Below, in pieces: positions 25,786 through 39,014 of a DNA stretch of 64,000 nucleotides (within the stretch, counting starts at the first letter, position 1; every line of letters begins with the position of its first letter). This DNA comes from Lingula anatina (taxonomy: Eukaryota; Animalia; Brachiopoda): the NCBI GenBank assembly GCA_051362555.1, contig CM120642.1, positions 9,610,001-9,674,000 of the forward strand. Reading direction: 5' to 3'. The position numbers and the translations under genes were made by a program. Below the pieces are notes generated by a model. That model saw only the letters and a list, made by a program, of their open reading frames with translations. It was not told the origin of the DNA and searched no databases.

Positions 25786-28345
25786 GTAGGAGGAAAATGT
25801 CTTTTGGAGTAATTTTTTTTCGAAATATTAACAAGATGGCGGCTTAAGCATCTGCTTGTTATTCGGCTACTGAAAGTGCACCTAAGTTTTATTCTTTGCT
25901 ATTGCCACAAATTACTTAACAATTGCAACTGTATAAAGACCAAACTTTCTTCATCTGATACTATATTTATAGGTACTTGTTATGAGTGGAAAATATTTTT
26001 CGTGCAATATTTATTCTCCACACACCACCTCGCGAGATCAACGTGTAGCTGGACACTTACACAGTGAGACCCTACGACATAAAAGTTGCAATTTATCTTC
26101 ATATTTCGTGTAGTTATGCATTTAAAAGCACTTACCTGTTTTTTGAAAACCTTGTCCAACGTAATATCATATAAATTCTGTATTTCTCTCATTTTTTAGA
26201 AACTTGGGACTCCGTTTCTGTTTCGGTCCTCAAAAATCAACAGACGAAGGCACAGATACTAACAAACGAGATTTAAACGAGAGTAACAATTAAGCGTAAC
26301 AGAGATAGGCATCCATTATTCTCTGGGTTCTATTCATTCCGACCAATGAGAGACCGTAATATGGGCTCCGCCCCCACGCGTGTAATCTCCTTCTGTTATG
26401 ACTCCTTGGTTCTTTCGAACCCCCCTGGCTACAGGCCTGAAATAACAGAAAGCTGCCTTGAATGATTTCCTATCATATTTGAAACAAATATAGCCTTATT
26501 CCACCAAGGTGGCTCGTGGGACACTGAAATTTCAAAATGCACATAACTCTATAAGTAGACATTGTTTTAAAGAAACTTGAGCACATCTTTGGGTTTTTAG
26601 GAGGAAAAAACATTACTTTATAGTATAAATTTGAATGGGATCTTGTTTATCTGTATCAGCTTTCAGCATTTTCTGGTAAAATACAACTTTATGTATTCTT
26701 TAAAACAAAATTTTGTACTACTACTACTACTACTATACCTGAATAGTCAAATTTAGCTTGAGAAAAGTAACCCTTTACCTCCAAGGGGTCTTTTTTATGC
26801 AATAAAACCAACATTAAATTGGAAGGAGTAAATTGAACAAAGTGCATTTGCCCTTTGTGCAACAGGTTAAAAAAAATTGCCAGTAACAGTGGACTGCTTG
26901 ATTTGTGCTTCACAACCAAGTATACTTAAGTAGAATTATAAGTTTTTTTTATCTGTTGAATTAAGCAATGCTATTTAGTGTTTATAGCTTAAAAAGTAGT
27001 GAGAGCAGTGGAAGATATTTGTTGGTGCCCTTGCCATCAGACGGCATAAAATGAATTGATGATTAATTTAAAGTAAGATATCTTCCGACTAAGCCTCCTG
27101 CCCAAAAATGTTTGATAAAGATGGATTCTTTTGTTTTATTTCTTAATTGCATCAACTTCACACAGTGTTAATTTCCATAGGTTATTCTCATATCACACAG
27201 TAATACTGTGATGATCTGATGCATACCTTCAGCACCAAAACACATAAATACAAAGATCTAGCCCCTTTACACACAAAAAAGTTTTTAATAATAGCAACAC
27301 TGTATAATTGACATGAGTGCTTTCTATTCCTTTTGACAATGGATGTTTTAGTGCAAAATAAGCCCAAGTCTCTGCATACTCTGTCTGGCAAGTGTGACAA
27401 TTATCAAACAGTACACCATGAACAGTGCACTGCTTGGTGCATCAAATCTGGAGAAGATAAGCCGGGTGTTCGGCCTGTAATATCTCTGATGATGAGGGCC
27501 TTGTGTTAGACCCTTGACAGATTTCAATGAGGCAAAAGTGCAAGATGTGTAGTATGTACTACTCACACCACTGACCTGGCACTGCACCATAAGCAATCAA
27601 ATCCAAGCACTTTATATTTAACAAGTGCAAAGGCACAATCCACACAGTGCAGAGTATAACTGGGTGTATCTCAAACATGCACAAATATTTAAAATACCCA
27701 AGCCCAGCAGAGCATTGTGAAAACAAGCAATTACGTGGCTAAAAATGGCATTGAAGTGTCTCTGCCTCCCCATATATACATATACATGTACATTACATTA
27801 TAAAGATATACATTAACATATAGAGAAGTATATATGAGCTTGTGCACATGTGCAGGCTTTGTGGAGCATCATACAGACATAGTGATAGATGTCAATGTAT
27901 TTCTAGAATGTAGCAGTCCAGGTGCTCAACTTCAATAAACAGTTGTCAGGCCAATCATTTCAAAATACTAATGCTTAGTATTAGTATATTATTTGTAGCT
28001 GACTGCTGACCACTCTTCTCACAGGTTCTTGGCATATTCATCTGGGTAACAATCCTCCTAGACTTACAAACTTGCATTGAAAATTACTTGTTTTTATCCT
28101 TTATTACAGTTCAAACTTGGTGTGCATTACTGGCCATTGTTTCTTTGGAAATGAGTAAAGTACTCTGCCAACTGTCAAAAACCACAGGCTCTGTGCATAC
28201 AAGAAATGTCTATTTCCACAGTCATCCAACCACAGATTTTTACATGGCCTTGCAATAGCCAGTGTTTCTGTGGCCCCTGGTTTTTACCCCAAGATTCCTT
28301 CAGATGTTTATAAAGGCTGACACGGTCTAGTGAGATTTCTTAAGA

Positions 28346-28432
28346 TCAGTCCTTGCGAACAGTCTTGACTTTTGTGGCTGATGAAGATAGTCTCGACGCT
28401 GGATGGTTTCTTTTTCTTAGACCCTGACTCAC
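28346..28432 (-). CDS. PNPLA7: NTE proximal terminal exon ([28 protein letters not shown])
   Basis: ttttttctgcacag acceptor, phase 0, TGA at 28348-28346, followed by long UTR-like sequence. Confidence 0.7.
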   Translation of the reverse strand: MSQGLRKRNHPASRLSSSATKVKTVRKD

Positions 28433-31137
28433 CTGTGCAGAAAAAATAAGATAAAGACAAAAGTTGAAACAACTGGGCATTTTTTTTTCTGCTTTGATTA
28501 GCCACAGTTTAACTTTTATATTAAATAAACACTAAGTTACCACTTGCATAAAAATGTGTTAACACTTTAAAAAACAGCTTTGTTTCTTCACTTAATCACA
28601 CCGTTAACATGCAATAATCATAAGGTACAAAATTAATCTACAAGATAGCTCCATTCAGAAGAAGTGTATGGACACCCGGGTTGATGCACATACCCTGTGA
28701 CCAGGAGAATGCTTTGGTTTAAGTCTCCCAGCAGACGCTGAGGTTGTAAGTTGCTGAGGTTCCATTCTGTCCTTCTCCTCCTCTTCTTCCTCATCTTCAT
28801 ACTCTTCTCCATCCTCATCCTCTCCCTCCTCCACAACCTCTATTATGTCATCGCCATCCTCATCCATGTCTTCAGAATCTACAACAATAAGATGTACTTT
28901 AAAGTACACAATCACTACATAACTATACCGACAAGTATAAATGATTTAACATGTACATGTTCAAATCACATCCACATGCAAGTAAGCACTACCATAGATC
29001 ACATTAATTAGTACCACCAGCGTGTACGCTGGCGGTACTCATGGTTTTAGTCCCGACCCGTCTCGTCCGGCTGTGCCGGCTCCGTTGGCTCCGCCGGCTC
29101 CGTAAGCTCCGCCGGCTCCGCGTACTGGCGCCGGATACAAGTCACCGTTACCGCTTCTCCTCCTAGACCGCAAAGACCCCTGTCCCCATCTTTTGGATTT
29201 AGGTCACATATAACCTCAACTTGAACCCCCAGGTTTTTTTTGTCTCAGTCGGTGCATTAACCTGGGCGTGACGCTCGTTGAAATGCACCCTTGTCAAAAT
29301 TTTTGAAAATTCAATGCCAATTATCTACCCTACGGAAGGAATTATGGGAAAAATTTCTACAGACGGCTTTTCAAAAGTCATATGTGTAGATTTCAAATAT
29401 GCCCTTGGATTTGACCTTTGACCTTTATTTCAAGGTCAAACGGGCCAAAATTTTCAAAAAAATGAATTTTTTTATGAAAAAATATTATTTGCGCTGTTAT
29501 TCAGACACTACAAAGACTTAACCAATGATATTATTGGAAAGTGTTACCCTTTGGGTCATCTTTCATCTCCGTGAATTTGGGGTCAATCGGTGCATTTTCA
29601 CGGGAGAAGCGGCCATAAGATACTGAAACTGAAAACTGTCTCTAATTCGGGAACCATTAATGCTAGCGACCCGTTCTTTTTTGCATTTTGTAGAGCATGT
29701 AAAGCCCAACATTGAAGGTGGTCTCCGTTTTTATGTACAGACACAGATGTGTCTGTACATATTGCCATCATCTGCGTCTGTCGTCGCCGTCGCTGTCGCC
29801 GTCGCCGTTGGCGTGCACTTTCACCGTAAACACGATAAGTGAAAAACTGTTTTACCTTTTGGCTTGAAAGTTACAGAACTGATGAATATTCATAATACGC
29901 CGGTCAAGTTCGAAAATCAGCATGATCGGGCTATTTGTAGGGAATTTATGCTTTTTTTTCACTTTTTTCAGTATATATGCAACACCGTAAACACGATAAG
30001 TGGAAAACCGTTTTACCTTTTGGTTTGAAACATACAGAACTGATGAATATTCATAATACGCCGGTCAAGTTCGAAAATCAGCATGATCGGGCTATTTGTA
30101 GGGAATTTATGCTTTTTTTTCACTTTTTTCAGCATATATGCAACACCGTAAACATGATAAGTGGAACACCATTTTACCTTTTGGCTTGAAAGTTTCAGAA
30201 CTGATGAATATTCATAATACGCCGGTCAAGTTCGAAAATCAGCATGATCGGGTCATTTTTATGGAAGTTTAGCTGTTTTTTTTTCACTTTTTCCAACATA
30301 TATGCAACACTGATAACACAATATAAGAAAAACAGATAGGCCAATTGTCATAATACTTACAGGAGTAGTCAATCTTACCAAAAAGCAGGTTGAGTTCGAA
30401 AATCAGCATAATCGGGCTATTATTTTAGAAGTTATGCTGTTTTTTTTTTTCACATTTCCTCAGATTCAATTCTTAAGCATGTTAACAGTCTCTTTATTTA
30501 ACTAATAAGATACGTAAAAGTGTTTGTTTGATATTTCCTGCATCTTTACAACATTGTTAGTTGATTATGTAAAAATGATGGTAAACTTGATATTGTGTAC
30601 TGTATAATAAAGTGTCAAAAATGGAAATAAACTCATATCATTGCAGTTTGTCAGATTCAATCATCCACTATGTTCAGAATCTCAGAATGGAGGAAATCTG
30701 ACATTTAACACTGTTCTTTTGATACTTTTCCCATCTCATCAATTTTTTTAGTTGGTCATATAAAAATGGCAGTAAAATGTTTATTTTGTTTTATGTTCAA
30801 AAAGTGTTAAAAATAGAAATGAACCCATTTCAGAATAGTGCTGTCTTGTTTACATTTTGGCATTTTCAAGATGTGACTTTGAAGTTCCATGGGCCTGAAG
30901 ACCTTTGCTAGTCACATTTTCTGAATATCTGTGATACATATAATTTATTATTAAAAATTGATGGTCATTAAGCTGTTAAAAATTATGTAATATTGCATCA
31001 AAATTTGAAGAAACCCCTATTTTGGGCACTGCTCCCTTGATGACCATTTAAGGAAAATCATGTCACTTACTGTTCTCAAACTTACAGGAAAGAAACATGG
31101 GACTATAATACAGCTTCAGTAGGCAATGCAGTCTGTT

Positions 31138-31192
<55 letters not shown>

Positions 31193-34100
31193 TCATTCTT
31201 TGCTAGTGGTTACAAAATGTTGAATTTGACCGAAAATTTCAAACTTTCTCTGGGAAGCTGTAATTTTGCAATGTGATAGCTACACCATCACAGTTTATCA
31301 TTTCATCAAAAGGGAAACAGCAGATGCCCTTGTCAGGGCACACAAGAGAGTTGAACAGCTATACCTTCCAAATCCAAGACGCGTTACATGGGAGATATAT
31401 TTGGCACTAAAACTAATGAAAATCTAATGGAATGTTTTTAGTTTTAGTTTAAATCATAAGGGGGTGTTGTCTCAATGCTTTAAAATTGGTTTTGAAGAAT
31501 TTAATCCACATTTCATAATTAATAAAAATGGTGAATATGTGGGTCACGGTAATGTTAGTGTCGCAGGTACAAAAACTTTTTATAATCATGTAAATAATAA
31601 AATATTTTTGCTATTATCCACATACACTTCAATCATGAGGGGAACATCACTCTCACATGCTTTGAAAATGGAATTGGCAAACACAGAGGAATAATGCACA
31701 TATTTTGTTTACTGTAACTCTGTCACGTGGGACACACACTGAACAAAGTTGATCTAAAGAATGTTCTAGATTGTAGTTCTTTATCGGAATTATTATTATT
31801 TTTTATTATTTTAACACAATAAAGTTCAGTTAAATACAAAATTTAACAAAATGAAGTCCAGTGTAACACAAAGTTCAGTATTATAACATTCTTCCTGGTG
31901 ATATCTGCTCTGTGCTCACCAAGGCATCCACTCTTGGGATTCTGAAAAAAATCAAAAATCATGGATAACCTATGACCACAAATAGTTTATTGCTTATTCA
32001 AACAAAGTACAGTGCATTATGAGTGGCAAACACCCATTACTGACACACATTTTCTTCACCCATTTTCGGTGCTTCATTGCATAACGTAAGTGTTGCGAGT
32101 AATCCATTATTGCTGTTTTTACAGACGGTTAAATTTTAAACGCACTGAATACAGTGTAGCAGTTAAATCAAGACAAAACTAAAAAAAGTCATTCAATTTC
32201 AATGATTGAGTTTTCGAGAACAAGAGAACATGAATACGGTGTCGCCGCGTTACCATGTTCAATATGAACTTTAGTCCCCCATGTGACACAGACGCAAAAC
32301 GAAAGTTCAGACGAAGTCGCCCTATACTTATCGAATGGTAATAATCAATCGGTAGGGCCTACACATATATGTTGAAACAATTGAAGAAAAATGAAACGAA
32401 ACTCAGTATTTCTCACCTTCATACAAAGAAGATCCCTATAAACAGTCCTGTGGCAGTTAAATCGAGGGAATTACACCTGTGCCCTGCATCCGATCAAGAA
32501 AGCGTCACTGCATTACACGTATCAGAATGGGGCACCCGCCAGTTTGAGCTGGTTTTTTTAGTGTGCAAAAGAAGCCATTCGTGTGTGAGACGTCATCAGT
32601 TAGTGAGTATGGAAGAAGATCGCTATTGATGTATAATTTTCACGCGGCATTTTAAAGTCGTCTGATAAAAATCGATCTCTGAAGTTTCAGCGTAACGAAC
32701 GTTACATTGGGACGGGGTGTAGAAAAATCAACATGTTGAGCAAGAAATGTGAAATTCTTAAGAAAACTGATATTATCATGGACTTTGTGACTCAAACTAA
32801 CCGACCTACTACTTTGGACGATTGAACAGTTTTAATACGGAAAGATAGGATTAGATGAAATTTTCATCGGGGTGGGACACCGCATGTATCGTAAATTACG
32901 CTAATTTTGTGATCATTTTTCAGTGACTTCAAATAAATTTTTATTTAAATAACTATTTGCACATTCTGTTTATTATATCTTCTTGCAGTAGATGTATTTC
33001 CTGCTTCAATAATCCCTTCAAACCCTAAACAAACTGTTCTTAAATAGAGGTAGGGTCAAAATTCCACAAAAAAGGACGCTATTTTGAGGGTAAATTCGAT
33101 ATATTTTCTGCTTTTTCTCTTATTTTGCTTTTATAACAGCATCCCCCTTGCTCATGCAGCTTCTTTGATTTGTTATTGAAACATACACAACGATGTCATG
33201 AGAATTTGGTTGGCTATCTAAATTCAAATTACATTCTTGTTATGGCCCCCCCCCCCCCCCCCCCCGCAGTGCACCACTAGCAAAGAATGACTGATATATA
33301 TTTTGGCAGTTAAACAGTTTTTTGTGAAAATTTAATTTTTCACATGTTGGCATTTTCAAGGTGTGACTTTGAAGTTCCATGATCTTGAAGACCTTTGCTT
33401 GTCACATTTTCTAAATGTCCATGTTACTAATATTCTATTATTAAAATATAGATGGTCATTTTGCTGTAAAGCATTATGTAATGTTGCATCAAAATAGAAG
33501 AAAACACAATTTTTGATGCTGCTGCCATGATGACCATTATAAAAAAACTGTGTTACTCATGACTGTCAAACCTTTAAAAAAGAAACACTGAACTAAAATG
33601 CAGCCTGAGTTGGAAATTTGCTTCTTTTTCTGGAAGTTATACATTTGAGTGAAATATTCATTATCTTTTTGGCATATTCATAGTGGGACTTGGAGCTCCC
33701 ATGGATATGAAGGCGAATGGTAATCAAATTTTCTACATGTCCATGCTATTTATAGTCAATAATCAAAAATTGGTGATAATTATTCTACAATTTATTATGT
33801 AATGTTACATCAAAATTGACAACAATCTTTCTGCGCTGCTACTGCAAACATTATGAAAAGAAAATTGTGTTACTTATTATTATTTTTAACTTCCAAGTAT
33901 GATTTCAAGGATTGGCATGCAGTTCAAATTAGAAAGCCAGGTCAATTGGGTTATTGTTTATTATTGAATAATTTATGCAGTTTTGTGTGAAATTTTCATT
34001 TTTCTCATTCTGGCACTTTCTTAGTATAAACTTGAACTTTGATGGGCCTGAAGCCTTATGCTCCTACTTTAGTTGGTGTTACCTGTTGTACATAATTAAA

Positions 34101-34422
34101 ATTTGATGTTGACTGTGCAGTTAAACATAATGTATTAATGCATCAGAATTGGTAGTCTCCTATTTTGTTTTGTGCTTTTCTTAAGATGTGACTTATGGGC
34201 CTAAAAGGCCTTTGAGAGGGTCAGTCTGTAAATTTCCCTTGGGTATCACTTAGCTGAGCTCTGAGTTATAATGTCATTTGCCTAATTGATTATTAATAGG
34301 CCATTAAATGAGATTACATAAAGCACACTTGTTGATATCTCCCTGTAAACTCCCAAAGGTTAAGCTCTCTGCTAGATTAATAATAAGGAAGCAGTGATAA
34401 TTATGGAGGTAAATTATTCAGG

Positions 34423-34469
<47 letters not shown>

Positions 34470-37400
34470 AACACAAAGATGAAAAGTTTGAATAGCAGCA
34501 TCATTGGAATTATATTTACCTCAGGCTCTGCAAAGGAGGTTATATTTTCACCCCTGTTTGTCTGTCATCAACATTACTCAAAAAGTTATAGACCAATTTC
34601 GCTGAAATTTTCAGGAACTGTCAGAAGTGGGCCAATGATTAGTTTTTGGTGGTGGTTTGGCTCAATTATCAATCAATAATAATCAACAATTGCTGCCTTG
34701 GCAGAGGTCTGCACTCTCGGAGTGCTTTTCTAGTTTTGTTATGTTTTCCTTTATAATTTTTTCTCAAACACTTGCATTTGTGACTTTAAACTCAAATCCG
34801 CTCGAGGCTCTGCAAAATTTTCCGTATTTCCACAGAAGCAGTTGTATTGTTTTTATGTCTTTAAACATTATGTAATATTATTTTATGCACTGTCATCATT
34901 TTTCAAATATTGAGACTTTCATCGTGCGACTTTGGTCTCTCATGGACCTGAAACTGTAATCTTATTGAAGGGGTGGATTGAGACCATCTTCTGGGTCTTC
35001 CGGAAGACAGTCAAGTTATTAAGTTTATATTGACTGGTATCTATTTTTTTCTGTTGGAAGACCATCAAAGTGGAGGATGAATCAACATAGATACTTTGGA
35101 ATACTGTCAGAAAATATCTCAGGGTCCGCTCCTGTTATTGACCATGTTACCTGTTGTGTATGATTAAAATTCAGTGTTGACTGGCAGTGCTATTATAAGC
35201 ATTATTTATTAATGCATCAAAATTGACAAAATGACCTTTTTTGCATCTTTATTTTCTGTTTTTTGTCTGTACATTTGACAGCTTTGCTGCCTTGTTTTGT
35301 ATTTCATACGATTTTTGTATTATGCTGTATTAAAGAGTACATTATGGTGACACATTATTGTAACTCGGAATTGTAACATTTAGTCCCTTATATCTCCAAA
35401 ACTGGCAGAGATAGGTCAATAGTTATTATTTAAGTTGAATAGGAAGTCATTTACTGGCATTCTAAATGTGACCTTTAAATTGACCTTTGACCTACTTTTC
35501 ACCATGAACTGAACTTTGCAAATTTTTGTTCCCTTTTATCTCCAAAACTGGCAGAGATAGGTCAATAGTTACTATTAAAATTGAATAGGAAGTCACATAC
35601 TGGCAATTTAACAGTGACCTTTAAATTGACCTTTGACCTACTTTTCACCATGAATTGAACTTTGCAAATTTTCGTTCCCTTTTATCTCCAAAACTGGCAG
35701 AGATAGGTTCATAGTTACTTTTGAACTTGAATAGGAAGTCATATACTGGCAATTTACTGTGACCTTAAATTTGACCTTTGACCTACTTTTTACCATGAAC
35801 TGAACTTTGCAAATTTTTGTTCCCTTTTATCTCTAAAACTGGCAGAAATAGGTCCATAGTTACTATTGAACTTGAATAGGAAGTCATATACTGGCAATCT
35901 AAGTGTGACCTTGAAATTGACCTTTGACCTACTTTTCATTATGAATTGAACTTTGCAAATTTTCTTTCCGTTTTATCATCAAAACTGGCAGATATAGGTC
36001 CATAGTTACTATTGAACTTGAATAGGAAGTAATACACTAGCAATCTGTGACCTTGGAATTGATCTTTGATCTACTTTTTATGATGAACTGCTTTTTGCAT
36101 GTTTTCGGGCCTTTAAATCTGCAAAATTGGCAAAGAAATGCCCATGGTTGCTATTGAACTTGAATAGAAATTCATATACTATGATATTGAAATTGACCTT
36201 TGACCTACTTTTTCACCATGAACTGAGCTTTGCATATTTTCTTGCCTCTCATATCTTTAAAACTAGCAGAGATGTGCCCCTTGTTGCCCCTAGGTTTTCT
36301 CTTTTGTCAGCATATATGCACCATTGACAACACTTTTCAAGGAAAACCAATAGGCCTTTTGTCTAGAGAATACAGGAGTGATCAAGGGTAGGAAAATGCA
36401 AGTCAATTTGAAAATCTGCTTGATTGTACCATTTTTAGTTATATTTTTTTGCATATTTTGAGAACTCTTATTGATTGCATCTTATAGAGCTTGTCAAGCA
36501 CAAGACTGGTGATGGTGTCCCTTTTTGGAGGGGGGGTCCATACGAATGCGCTTACTCCAGCTGGTGGTACAATATCCGGAGGCGGTATCGCCTCTCTGAT
36601 CCTCTAGTTTTAAACTAGGTTTTGCTTTCATATGAACCCAAACAAGTACACATACACTTGTATGCCCATATCCATCTACATACACCTATACATTCACACT
36701 GCACGTGCACACTTACACACACAAACACACACATACACAGAGCAAGTTTGTTTTCTGGAAAGTTGTTCTTCAAGATTGGAAAGACTAATGACAGCATCTG
36801 ATAGTGTGTCATAAAAACAGTAAATCGAAGCTTATGTTACCTGTTTCATCACTGGGAGTGTAAAATTTTGGTGGTTCTTCAATCCTAGACACAAGCTCTG
36901 CCAGGTCAGTGAAGGTTGCATTGAGTGGTGTAAAACACTTAAAATAAAAACAATGTTTTTCATCATTTTCTATAAACTGCTTGAGACACAAGTGTTGGAC
37001 ACAAGTGCAAGGAATAGAGGTGTGTTTTGAAGGGGGCTTACATCAAGAGAGGCCAAGGTCTTGTTTCGTTAATATGTTTGAATTGCTTAATCAAGACTGC
37101 AGTGCACTGCAATTGGGTGACAATAATGAAGATAAAGTATTCTAAAAAGGTTCCATGTGCACATGAGCACAGCCAACCTCACCAAAAAATTAGAAGTAAA
37201 GACATTTCATAAACACCACACCAGTAAAGATTTTATGAATATGACTATACATAAATGAATTGTTCAAAGTGTTAAAGTAAAAGAAAACAAAAACTGTCAA
37301 AGATGAAGATTGTTGTTTAATACTAACCTGATGTATTTTAGGTTTTACTCTATCTTTAGATTTCTCTTTGAAGAGTTCGTTGATAGCATCTCCCTTGGCC

Positions 37401-38957
37401 ATTGCAGAGAAGAACACCTTACCATGGTTGTAACCCACATCCTATGTACAAACAATGTTCACTGGCTACACTTCATTGTTATTATTACTAAAATATTATT
37501 ATTATTATTATATGTTTAAATACTGTGTAAAGAACTTACAAAATAAATCAAAATTCTGTTCAAACTAATGGTTTTTGTTTAAATCATCGTTCTTATAATT
37601 TCTGACAAAAATATATACATACAAAATTTCTATTATAAATATTCTTTTATATTACAGTACTTTCAAACAGAAGTACTTGATACTCTGAGTCAGTTACATA
37701 CAAATCTTTCATCACCACTAATGGTGTTGTGATTAGTTGTGATTTGGACACTTACATAAATCTCATCAAAGCTTCCAAACTGCAGTGTGCCATACTTGTC
37801 AATGGGTGGCCGCAGGTACTCACACATTCCACTGTTTGTCACCATCTCCATCTGACGCACACATGACACATAGGCAAGGCGGGACTGGACGTCACTCATG
37901 TTTGGCACCTTGAAAAAGAAATAAGTGTGAAAAGTGAACTTTCGCAAATGGAAGCTAAGCAAAGATATGAGGAGAAAAAGTGACCATCATCTCTTAGGTA
38001 GGAAATTGGTCTCATAAAGGGGTAGGGGGTGGGGTGGGGGGGGGGGGGGGTTAGAAAGTAGACTCGCAATCAAAGCTTCTTAATTTCTTTGACTTTTGTC
38101 TGCAAGAGCAACATTCAAGAAGAATGTATAAGATGTTTAATGGAATATGATTTTTTGCCAGTCAAGAATCCTCTGACATTTTTAACATAACCAAATGTAT
38201 TTTTAAATAGAAACTTTTGATAAACAAAAAGGAACCAGTTTCGCTGACTTCTAACATAGTTTAGTCCAAGCTTGGCTCTCTTCACTCACTTTGACAGGTT
38301 CTGCCCATGGATTCCAGCGTTTCCACAGCAACCACCATCCAGACAACTTGTCGCCATAGTTGGTGAGGTTTGTCTCATCCTGGCTGCCTACGTCTATGGC
38401 AAATATTGTTTGAGCACCCATGGTTTTCATGACATCAGCTGCATAAATAAAAAGAAACCATTCAGAGTAGTCGTAGATGACATGGTGCATACTAAATTGA
38501 TTAAATGTTATTATTGAAGTGCTTGAATTTCCCATTCACTCAGAGGTCTGAGGTTTAAAAATACTACGTATGAAGTTTACAAATACTACATTTTTAACAT
38601 TTTCCAATTTGTCATCTGTAACTGATAATCAATGTTTTTCTTTGATTAAACATTATACTACACCTGCAAAAAAAAATTTAAACTGTTTTCCTCAATAATA
38701 AAGAAAGGATGGCATACAAATAAAGTTTTTTTAATCATTTCTCATCCCATAATAATCAATGGAAATACATGGTAAGATGGATGAAATGTTCGCTGTGGAC
38801 ATTGCAACAAGATTAACTTTTTGAAAAGACTTTGTGATTACCCTTTACAAAGAACAATCTTGCTTTATTTATATAAAAAAAACAAATCCTTCAAGAGAAC
38901 AACAGTCAAAGTCTCAAAAAGTGCTTTAAAACCCAAAGAAGTCCTCAATTCAGAAAT

Positions 38958-39014
<57 letters not shown>

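Larger units (their letters stand above)
29727..35297 (+). mobile_element. Helentron/DINE-1-like element, family A (long form), nested in family B
   Basis: Both termini present; four ~160-bp repeats at ~29810-30450. Confidence 0.85.
29006..36609 (+). mobile_element. Helentron/DINE-1-like element, family B, interrupted by nested insertions
   Basis: 5' hairpin gtaccaccagcg-tgta-cgctggcggtac plus GGCTCC microsatellite; 3' gctggtggtac subTIR plus gaggcg-gtat-cgcctc stem-loop and ctagtt. Confidence 0.75.

Noticed and set aside
28308-28505. 65-aa ORF over the NTE terminal exon ([12 protein letters not shown]...)
   Set aside because: Needs a phase-1 junction, but the upstream donor at 28693 is phase 0, giving VSQGLRKR...KD*. 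It would fit only if the acidic exon were skipped (36841 joined to 28432), for which I have no evidence.
28633-29011. Overlapping ORFs 28633-28836 (-) and 28751-29011 (+)
   Set aside because: Alternative-frame and antisense shadows of the low-complexity acidic exon.
35380-36270. Regularly spaced repeats resembling a CRISPR array
   Set aside because: Whole units are homologous with no unique spacers, there are no cas genes, and the context is a eukaryotic intron; it is a satellite inside a transposon.
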